Assembly: GCA_038245845.1 (NCBI GenBank)
Contig: JBBRRZ010000003.1
Coordinates: forward strand, 42,871-106,870
Length of the DNA stretch: 64,000 nt
Source: Candidatus Limnocylindrales bacterium
GTDB lineage: Bacteria > Chloroflexota > Limnocylindria > Limnocylindrales > CSP1-4
Direction of reading: 5' to 3'
The notes below the pieces were generated by a model that was not told the origin of the DNA, did not search any database, and saw nothing but the letters and a program-made list of their open reading frames with translations. A program made the position numbers and the translations under genes. Of this stretch, positions 57,196-64,000 are shown piece after piece; positions within the stretch are counted from its first letter, which is position 1, and the number at the start of each line of letters is the position of its first letter.

Positions 57196-57377
57196 CCCGG
57201 CCGCCGCGGAACGGTCCGCGGTGCATGCACGCCCGCGTCGGCAGATGGCCGGCACGGAGCACACACGCTGGTCCGTTCCGGTGCGGGACGGTGTCGGCGG
57301 TCCCGAGGCCCGAAGCGGCACGGACCGGCGGCTCCCGCGGGGGATCAGCGGAGGAACCAACCGCAGGAGGTCACGCA

Positions 57378-58268
57378 GTGCCCACGGCATCGATGCGCCA
57401 GCTGCTCGAGGCAGGCGTCCACTTCGGACACCAGACTCGCCGCTGGAATCCCAAGATGAAGCCGTTCATCTTCGCGGAGCGCAACGGGATCCACATCATC
57501 GACCTGGCCCAGACCGTCAAGCGCCTGGACCTCGCCCTCGAGTTCGTCACCGAGACCGTCGCCCGCGGCGACAGCATCCTCTTCGTCGGAACGAAGAAGC
57601 AGGCGCAGGAGCCGGTGATGCAGGAGGCGATCCGCGCCGGCCAGCCGTACGTCACCAAGCGCTGGCTGGGCGGCATGATGACGAACTTCGTCACCATCAA
57701 GAAGCGCATCGGCCTGCTCGACCAGCTCGAGGCCCGGCAGCTCGCAGGCGACTTCGACCGCCTGGCGAAGAAGGAGGCCGCGGGGCTGACCGAGGAGCTC
57801 AACAAGCTCCAGGCAACGCTCGGCGGCATCCGCAAGATGAAGCGTCAGCCGGGCGCCATGTTCATCGTGGACCCGCACCGCGAGCGGATCGCCGTGACCG
57901 AGGCGAACAAGCTCGAGATCCCGGTCGTCGGCACGGGTGACACCAACGTCGACCCGGACGAGCTCGATTACATCATCCCGGCCAACGACGACGCGATCCG
58001 CTCGATCCGGCTGCTCTGCCAGCTGGTCGCCGACGCGGCGATCGAAGGCCAGCGCCTGCGCGCGGCCCGCACGTCGGAGCCCGAGGCCCAGGAGGTCCAG
58101 GCCATCGAGGAGCCGGAGTTCGACGAGGCCGCAGCCGCGGACCTGGTCGCCCAGCTCGCGGCCGGCGGCACCCTCTCGTTCGAACCCGAGAGCGAGGACG
58201 ACGACCTCCTGCCCGGCGCCCCCAAGGCGGCCGAGCCCCCCGTGGTCACGGTCGCACCGACCGAATGA
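57378..58268 (+). CDS. rpsB: 30S ribosomal protein S2
   Basis: GTG at 57378, 7 nt after [33 protein letters not shown] matches S2 N-termini. The longer ORF-track version is Arg-rich junk. Confidence 0.95.
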   Translation: MPTASMRQLLEAGVHFGHQTRRWNPKMKPFIFAERNGIHIIDLAQTVKRLDLALEFVTETVARGDSILFVGTKKQAQEPVMQEAIRAGQPYVTKRWLGGMMTNFVTIKKRIGLLDQLEARQLAGDFDRLAKKEAAGLTEELNKLQATLGGIRKMKRQPGAMFIVDPHRERIAVTEANKLEIPVVGTGDTNVDPDELDYIIPANDDAIRSIRLLCQLVADAAIEGQRLRAARTSEPEAQEVQAIEEPEFDEAAAADLVAQLAAGGTLSFEPESEDDDLLPGAPKAAEPPVVTVAPTE

Positions 58269-58403
58269 TGCAAGCTCGGGCGTTCGGCACCGCCGATCGC
58301 CCGGCATCCCGGAGCCGACCGCGCCCGGCGAGCGGCTCGCAACCTTGAACCCCTGCGCGCGCTTACGGGCTCGCGCCGCACCGACAACAGGAGCACCATC
58401 CAG

Positions 58404-59000
58404 ATGGAGATCACGGCTGCAGCCGTCAAGGACCTGCGCGAGCGTACCGGTGCGGGCTTCATGGACTGCAAGCGCGCGCTCGAGGAGGCCGGTGGCGACC
58501 TCGACAAGGCCGTCCTCGCGCTGCGTGAGAAGGGCCTCGCCGCAGCGGCGAAGAAGGCCGGCCGCGACGCCCGCGAGGGACTCGTGAGCAGCTACATCCA
58601 TGCCGGCGGCCGCCTCGGTGTCCTGATCGAGGTCAACTGCGAGACGGACTTCGTCGCGCGGACAGACGAGTTCCAGAAGCTTGTTCGCGACCTCGCGATG
58701 CAGGTTGCGGGCCTCGCCCCGACCTATGTCGACATCGAGAACATCCCGTCCGACATCCTCGAGGCGAGGAAGGCCACCCTCCTGGCCGACGAGGCGACCA
58801 AGGCGAAGCCCGAGGCCGTGCGCGAGAAGATCATCGAGGGCCAGCTGAAGAAGTGGTATCGCGAGGTCTGTCTCCTCGAGCAGCCGTTCCGCGACGAGGA
58901 GCGCAGCGTCCGCGACCTCGTTACCGAGAAGATCTCGACGATCGGTGAGAACATCCGGGTGCGGCGGTTCATCCGCTTTGCGCTCGGGGAGGAGATGTGA
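58404..59000 (+). CDS. tsf: Elongation factor Ts (short form)
   Basis: [24 protein letters not shown]-like N-terminus, 198 aa. Confidence 0.95.
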   Translation: MEITAAAVKDLRERTGAGFMDCKRALEEAGGDLDKAVLALREKGLAAAAKKAGRDAREGLVSSYIHAGGRLGVLIEVNCETDFVARTDEFQKLVRDLAMQVAGLAPTYVDIENIPSDILEARKATLLADEATKAKPEAVREKIIEGQLKKWYREVCLLEQPFRDEERSVRDLVTEKISTIGENIRVRRFIRFALGEEM

Positions 59001-59788
59001 CGGACGCAGGTCGCGAGCGCGCCGGCGGCACGGGGCCCGAGACGGCCCCGGCCGGTGGCGCCCGCTACCGCCGGATCCTCCTCAAGCTGTCCGGCGAGGC
59101 ACTCCTCGGTGATCGCCCGTACGGCGTGGATCCGGCCGTCTGCGCGTTCATCGCCCGGCAGGTCAAGGAGGTCCGCGACACCGGTGTCGAGATCGGCATC
59201 GTGGTCGGCGGCGGGAACATCTTCCGGGGCATGGCCGCGGCGGCCCGGGGGATGGACCGCGCAACCGGCGACTACATCGGCATGCTCGCAACGGTCATGA
59301 ACGGCCTCGCGCTCCAGGACGCCATCGAGCGTGCCGGGATGCCGGTCCGGGTCATGAGCGCGATCGCGATGAACGAGATCGCGGAGCCGTACATCCGCCG
59401 GCGCGCCGTGCGCCACCTCGAGAAGGGCCGCGTGACGATCTTCGTCGCGGGCACGGGCAACCCGTACTTCACCACCGACACGGCCGCTGCCCTGCGAGCG
59501 GTCGAGGTCGGTGCCGAGGTCCTGCTCAAGGCCACCAAGGTCGACGGCGTCTACGACGCGGACCCGATGACGGTTCCGACAGCGACGCGGTACGAGACCC
59601 TGGGCTACCAGGACCTGCTGCGCGACCAGCTCAAGGTCCTCGACGCGGCGGCGGTCTCCCTGTGCATGGAGAACGACCTGCCGATCGTGGTCTTCGACCT
59701 CAACGCCCCAGACAACATCCGGAGGGTGGCCGCCGGCGAACGCGTCGGGACCCTCATCTCCGCCCAGACCGGAGGTGTCAGCGCATGA
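58997..59788 (+). CDS. pyrH: UMP kinase
   Basis: [33 protein letters not shown]. Confidence 0.95.
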   Translation: MTDAGRERAGGTGPETAPAGGARYRRILLKLSGEALLGDRPYGVDPAVCAFIARQVKEVRDTGVEIGIVVGGGNIFRGMAAAARGMDRATGDYIGMLATVMNGLALQDAIERAGMPVRVMSAIAMNEIAEPYIRRRAVRHLEKGRVTIFVAGTGNPYFTTDTAAALRAVEVGAEVLLKATKVDGVYDADPMTVPTATRYETLGYQDLLRDQLKVLDAAAVSLCMENDLPIVVFDLNAPDNIRRVAAGERVGTLISAQTGGVSA

Positions 59789-60342
59789 CGACAGAGATCC
59801 TCGCCGGGGCGGAGCGCAAGATGCTTCGCGCCATCGAAGCCATGGAGCGCGACTTCGGGGGGCTGCGGACCGGCCGCGCGTCGACGTCCATCGTCGAGCG
59901 TCTCACCGTTGACTACTACGGCACCCAGACGCCGCTCAACCAGCTCGCCTCGATCAGCGTTCCCGAGGCGCACCAGATCGTGATCCAGCCGTGGGACCGC
60001 GGCGTCCTGTCCGCTATCGAGAAGGCGATCCTCAAGAGCGACATCGGCCTCACGCCGAACGTCGACGGGACCGTCGTGCGCCTGAACATCCCGCCGCTCA
60101 CCGAGGAGCGTCGCAAGGAGATCGTCAAGAGCGTCCACAGGCGGATGGAAGAAGCACGGGTCGAGATCCGCAACAACCGCCGCGAGGCGAACGACGCCAT
60201 CAAGAAGGAGGAGCGGGACGGGACGGTCGGGACGGACGAGTCCCGGCGCTTCCTCGACCAGCTGCAGAAGATCACGGACCGGGTGGTCGGCGACGTCGAC
60301 CGGATCGGTGCCGCGAAGGAGCTGGAGGTCCTCGAGGTCTAG
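59785..60342 (+). CDS. frr: Ribosome recycling factor
   Basis: ATG overlapping the pyrH stop. [20 protein letters not shown] and [13 protein letters not shown]. Confidence 0.95.
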   Translation: MTTEILAGAERKMLRAIEAMERDFGGLRTGRASTSIVERLTVDYYGTQTPLNQLASISVPEAHQIVIQPWDRGVLSAIEKAILKSDIGLTPNVDGTVVRLNIPPLTEERRKEIVKSVHRRMEEARVEIRNNRREANDAIKKEERDGTVGTDESRRFLDQLQKITDRVVGDVDRIGAAKELEVLEV

Positions 60343-61157
60343 TGGCCCAGGCGCCGCTCGATCGCTCGCTCGCACGGCCGACCGACGCGCCGCCGCTCGC
60401 CCACGAACCCGCGGGCGATGCCGGGGCGGCGGAGTTCGACGCAACCCCCGCGCAGGCGCCGCTCCTCCCGCACGAGGAGCTCCCGCGGCACGTCGCGATC
60501 ATCATGGACGGGAACCGACGCTGGGCCCGTGCCCGGGGCAAGGCAGACTTCGAGGGCCATGCCGCGGGCGTCGAGGCGATCCGCGGGCTCCTCCAGCATG
60601 CCGTCCGACGCGGCGTCCCCGTGCTGACGCTGTACGCGTTCAGCCGTGAGAACTGGGCCCGCTCGGACGACGAGGTTGCGGGGCTGTTCGAGCTCCTCGG
60701 CCAGGCGATCCGCGACGAGACTGACGAGCTGCGCGCCCAGGGCGTCCGCGTCCGCCTCCTCGGCCGGCTCCAGGAGCTGCCCGACGAGACCCGAAGCTCG
60801 ATCACCGATGCGCTGGACCAGACCGCCGAGGGCAGTCGGCTGCAGCTCAACATCGCCTGGAACTACGCGGGCCGGACCGAGATCGTCGATGCCGTCCGCC
60901 GCGTCATCGAGTCGGGTGCCGCCCCGGGCGACGTCGACGAGCGCATGATCAGCGACGCCCTGTACACCACCGGCCTGCCGGACCCGGACCTCGTGATCCG
61001 GACGGGCGGGGAGCAGCGGATCAGCAACTTCCTCATCTGGCAGTCCGCCTACGCGGAGCTCGTGTTCGATGAGTGCCTGTGGCCGGACTTCGGGCCGGAC
61101 GCCTTCGACAGCGCGCTCCTCGAATTCGCGCAGCGCACCCGACGCTTCGGCCGCTAG
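60342..61157 (+). CDS. uppS: Undecaprenyl diphosphate synthase (cis-prenyltransferase)
   Basis: HVAIIMDGNRRWA and RTGGEQRISNFLIWQ. The GTG shares a base with the frr TAG. Confidence 0.92.
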   Translation: MAQAPLDRSLARPTDAPPLAHEPAGDAGAAEFDATPAQAPLLPHEELPRHVAIIMDGNRRWARARGKADFEGHAAGVEAIRGLLQHAVRRGVPVLTLYAFSRENWARSDDEVAGLFELLGQAIRDETDELRAQGVRVRLLGRLQELPDETRSSITDALDQTAEGSRLQLNIAWNYAGRTEIVDAVRRVIESGAAPGDVDERMISDALYTTGLPDPDLVIRTGGEQRISNFLIWQSAYAELVFDECLWPDFGPDAFDSALLEFAQRTRRFGR

Positions 61158-61169
61158 GGGATCGGGCCG

Positions 61170-61997
61170 GTGCTCCGCACGCGTGCGCTCTCCGCGCTCG
61201 TCCTCGTCCCGCCGCTCCTCCTCGCGCTCGCCATCGGCGTGCCCGCCCTCGCCGTCGTGCTCGCGATCGTCGCGGCCCTCGGCGGCTGGGAGGTCTTCCG
61301 GCTGCTGAAGGGGGCGGGCTACCCGTCGCTCCCGCTGTTCGGGTCGGCGCTCGCCGTCGCACTCGTCCTCGAGGCCGCGTGGCGCCCCGCCGGTGACAAG
61401 GGCATCCTCCTCGTGGCGGTGGGGATCGTGCTCGCGGGCGTCGGTGCCTTCGGGCGCAGCGACCCACGCGACGGGCTCGTCGCATGGGTGGCCACGGTGT
61501 TCGGGGCGGTGTACGTCGGGCTCATCGGCTTCGTCCTCCAGGTGGCCTCGACGGCACCCGGCGTGCCGGCGGGCGCGGCCCTCGCGCCGATCGGACCAGA
61601 ACGCGGCTGGGTCCTGCTGCTCGTCCTCGGCGTCTGGAGCTTCGACACCGGCGCCTACCTCGTCGGCCGGCAGATCGGCCGTCACAAGTTCCTGACCCAC
61701 ATCTCGCCGTCCAAGTCGGTCGAGGGAGTGATCGGCGGCCTCGTCGCGACGACGGCCATCACCGCACTCCTCCTCGGGGGCCTCGGCCAGGCGCCAGCCG
61801 GCGCGCTCGTGCTCGGTCCGCTGCTGGGGCTGGCCGCGCAGGCAGGCGACCTCGCCGAGTCGATGCTCAAGCGCGCGGCCGGCGCGAAGGACTCCGGGAC
61901 GCTGATCCCGGGCCACGGCGGCATCCTCGACCGCATTGACTCCTTCCTGTTCGCCGGCCCCGTGGTCGCGCTGTATGTCCTCGCGCTCGCCGGCTGA
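61170..61997 (+). CDS. cdsA: Phosphatidate cytidylyltransferase
   Basis: SKSVEGVIGG and GHGGILDRIDS motifs, multi-TM. Confidence 0.93.
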   Translation: MLRTRALSALVLVPPLLLALAIGVPALAVVLAIVAALGGWEVFRLLKGAGYPSLPLFGSALAVALVLEAAWRPAGDKGILLVAVGIVLAGVGAFGRSDPRDGLVAWVATVFGAVYVGLIGFVLQVASTAPGVPAGAALAPIGPERGWVLLLVLGVWSFDTGAYLVGRQIGRHKFLTHISPSKSVEGVIGGLVATTAITALLLGGLGQAPAGALVLGPLLGLAAQAGDLAESMLKRAAGAKDSGTLIPGHGGILDRIDSFLFAGPVVALYVLALAG

Positions 61998-63195
61998 GCC
62001 GCGGCGCCTCGGCGTCGCGCTCCTGGGCTCCACCGGCAGCATCGGCGTGCAGACCATCGACGTGCTGGTCGCGCACCCAGACCGGTTCCGCGTCGTCGCG
62101 CTCGCGACCGGGTCACATGCCGTCGAGCTCTCGGCCCAGGCCGCCCGCCTCCGGCCGGCGGTCGTCGCGCTGGCCGACGAACGGCGCACCCTCGACCTCC
62201 CCGCGGGCACCACGCGTATCGCCGGCGGGGACGCTCTCGAGACGATCGCGACCCGCGACGACGTCGATCTCGTCGTCATCGCCACCGGCGGGGTCGTGTC
62301 GCTGCGACCAGTGCTCGCCGCGCTGGGCGCGGGCAAGATCGTCGCGACCGCCAACAAGGAGACGCTCGTTGCCGGCGGCCACCTCGTGATGGCCGAGGCC
62401 CGTCGCCTCGCCGGGGCTCGCGCGGCCGGCGACCCGCTGGCGACGCCGCTCGCGTGGCTGCGGCCGATCGATTCCGAGCACTCGGCCATCTGGCAGTGCC
62501 TGGTCGGCGAGCCCATGGCGGGTGTCGCGCGGCTCGTGCTCACGGCGTCTGGTGGCCCATTCCTCGACGCGTCGGCGGCGGACCTCGCCAGCGTGACCCG
62601 CGAGCAGGCGTTGCGGCATCCGACATGGACGATGGGCGCCAAGATCACGATCGACTCGGCGACGCTCGCGAACAAGGGCCTGGAGGTCATCGAGGCACAC
62701 TGGCTGTACGATGTTGGCTACGACGCGATCGACGTGGTCGTCCATCCCCAGAGCGTCGTGCACTCCGCCGTCCTGTTCGTCGACGGCTCGCTGAAAGCCC
62801 AGCTGGGCACCCCGGACATGCGTCTCCCCATCCAGTACGCCCTCACCCACCCGGAGCGACTTCCGTCGCCGACGGTGCCGCCCAACCTCGTGGCCACCGC
62901 GCGCCTCGACTTCCGTGCGCCCGACGAGACGCGATTCCCGGCGCTGCGAATCGCCCGGGACGCGGGACGGACGGGCTCCCGGGCCGCGGCAGCGCTGATC
63001 GCCGCCGACGAGGTCGCCGTCTCGCGGTTCCTCGATGGGACCCTGGACTTCCCGGGGATCCCGCGTCTCCTGGAGGCGGCGGTGCGCCGTTTCGGCGAGG
63101 GCGCCGACCAGGCCCCCGATGTCGCCACGCTGGTGGCGCTCGACCTCGAGGTGCGCGCCGCGTTCGCCACCGGTCCCGTGGAGGGTGTTGCATGA
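61975..63195 (+). CDS. dxr: 1-deoxy-D-xylulose 5-phosphate reductoisomerase
   Basis: LLGSTGSIG NADPH motif, ANKETLV, DSEHSAIWQC. ATG at 61975 overlaps cdsA by 23 nt. Confidence 0.93.
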   Translation: MSSRSPAEPRRLGVALLGSTGSIGVQTIDVLVAHPDRFRVVALATGSHAVELSAQAARLRPAVVALADERRTLDLPAGTTRIAGGDALETIATRDDVDLVVIATGGVVSLRPVLAALGAGKIVATANKETLVAGGHLVMAEARRLAGARAAGDPLATPLAWLRPIDSEHSAIWQCLVGEPMAGVARLVLTASGGPFLDASAADLASVTREQALRHPTWTMGAKITIDSATLANKGLEVIEAHWLYDVGYDAIDVVVHPQSVVHSAVLFVDGSLKAQLGTPDMRLPIQYALTHPERLPSPTVPPNLVATARLDFRAPDETRFPALRIARDAGRTGSRAAAALIAADEVAVSRFLDGTLDFPGIPRLLEAAVRRFGEGADQAPDVATLVALDLEVRAAFATGPVEGVA

Positions 63196-64000
63196 CGGGC
63201 CTCGTCCAGAGCCTGATCACGGTTGTCCTGTTCGTCGTGATCCTCGGCGTCCTCGTGCTCGTGCACGAGCTCGGCCACTTCGTGACCGCGCGCCTCGCGA
63301 GAGTCCGTGTCCTGGAGTTCGGCATCGGCTTCCCGCCGCGTGCCCGGATCCTCGCCCGCGGCAGGCCCCCGGCCTATGACGCCGGTCGCCCGCCCCGCCC
63401 CGACCCGGCTCTCCCGCCGGGTGTGGAGCCTGGGTCGCCCGAGGCCGAGGACTTCCTGGTGCTCGCCCGCGCCCGCGACGAGGACGCCGGGAGCACGCTG
63501 TACACGCTCAACTGGCTCCCGATCGGCGGCTTCGTCAAGCTCGACGGCGAGGATGGCGACGATGGCGCCGATCCGCACTCGTTCGCCAACGCGCACCTGC
63601 TCGTGAAGCTCGTGATCCTGCTGGCGGGCGTGACGATGAACCTGCTGCTCTCGCTGGCGATCTTCACGGGGATCGCCCTCAACGGGGAGCCGGGCCTCGG
63701 GCTCGTCATACGAGAGGTCGTCGGTGGATCGCCGGCGGAGACGGCCGGTCTCCAGGCCGGCGACGCGCTCGTGTCCGTGGACGGGGTCCAGCAGTCGGTG
63801 TTCGACCAGCCCGACGAGGCGATCCTCAAGCTCCGTGCCCTCGCCGGCCAGACCGTGACCCTCGGGATCCTCGGCGGTGATGGCACGACGCGGGACGTGA
63901 CGGTGACGCTCCGCGTGCCCAGCACCCCGAGCCAGGGCGCGCTCGGGGTCTCGTTCGGGAGCGGCATCCCCGTCGGCACCGTGTCCTACAGTCCCGCCGC
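63192..64000 (+). CDS. rseP: RIP metalloprotease RseP (M50 site-2 protease), 3'-truncated by the window end
   Basis: Own translation from the ATG at 63192 (ATGA overlap with dxr): MTGLVQSLITVVLFVVILGVLVLVHELGHFVTARL..., HELGH zinc motif, PDZ-like VVGGSPAETAGLQAGDALVSVDG. Open to position 64000, so it is absent from the ORF track. Confidence 0.9.
   Translation, partial: MTGLVQSLITVVLFVVILGVLVLVHELGHFVTARLARVRVLEFGIGFPPRARILARGRPPAYDAGRPPRPDPALPPGVEPGSPEAEDFLVLARARDEDAGSTLYTLNWLPIGGFVKLDGEDGDDGADPHSFANAHLLVKLVILLAGVTMNLLLSLAIFTGIALNGEPGLGLVIREVVGGSPAETAGLQAGDALVSVDGVQQSVFDQPDEAILKLRALAGQTVTLGILGGDGTTRDVTVTLRVPSTPSQGALGVSFGSGIPVGTVSYSPA

Noticed and set aside
58269-58403. Possible separate regulatory RNA or promoter between rpsB and tsf.
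   Set aside because: There is only a weak TTGAAC/TTACGG-like pair and no convincing hairpin. An ordinary intercistronic spacer with a CAGGAG SD explains it adequately.

Overview
This is a very GC-rich bacterial chromosomal segment (third codon positions are almost always G/C; no value was computed). It is densely packed and almost entirely core housekeeping.

**Contents.** I call about 66 protein genes and 9 tRNA genes, all with an encoded CCA end. I also call a few hairpin terminators and a set of putative extended -10 promoters. I found no rRNA, CRISPR array, transposase, integrase, phage gene or recognisable defence system.

**Gene order.**
- 1-6.7 kb: yvcK-whiA-tpiA-gpmI-secG, then an orphan family-5 solute-binding protein.
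- 6.8-10.5 kb: tRNA Leu-Leu-Val, lemA-htpX, tRNA Phe-Gly-Gln-Cys, a secreted CHRD-like protein, tRNA-Leu(UAA).
- 10.6-12.6 kb, minus strand: an ABM-fold gene, a small acidic ORF and a receiver-TadZ/CpaE-like ATPase.
- 12.8-19.5 kb: rpsF-ssb-rpsR, TauE-DUF1634-CaCA, ilvE, an LCP protein.
- 19.7-32.8 kb: ileS-lspA-rluD-gmk-priA, a hypothetical gene, def-fmt-rlmN-rpe-dtd, rpmB.
- 33.0-48.1 kb: yloU-yloV-recG-rsmD-coaD, a coiled-coil protein, yceD-rpmF-plsX, asp23-nusB-acpP-rnc-smc-ftsY.
- 48.1-64 kb: an MFS transporter, ffh, a DUF3352-like protein, rpsP-KH-rimM-trmD-rplS, rnhB-yraN, rpsB-tsf-pyrH-frr-uppS-cdsA-dxr-rseP (cut by the window end).

**Context.** From about 24.7 kb onward the order matches the Bacillus subtilis ylo/ylq/rpsB-rseP regions with selective losses. 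That indicates a Gram-positive-type (Terrabacteria) high-GC lineage; the phylum cannot be fixed from this window. Many neighbouring genes overlap by 1-4 nt (ATGA/GTGA), consistent with translational coupling.

**Novelty.** I see no convincing new multi-gene system. The only clearly non-core pocket is 9.3-12.8 kb, and it is the best place to look:
- a secreted protein with a perfect EF-hand loop
- a solitary tRNA-Leu(UAA)
- an ABM gene that looks leaderless
- a 70-aa acidic ORF
- an orphan receiver-TadZ-like ATPase lacking the P-loop lysine

Other observations are smaller: a PhzF remnant mini-ORF, start-codon oddities, protein tail extensions, candidate r-protein leaders and a recurrent TGCTAnnnT promoter-like motif.

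**Limits.** All calls rest on motif recognition by eye from the supplied ORF translations and my own reading of the DNA. No searches or folding programs were run.
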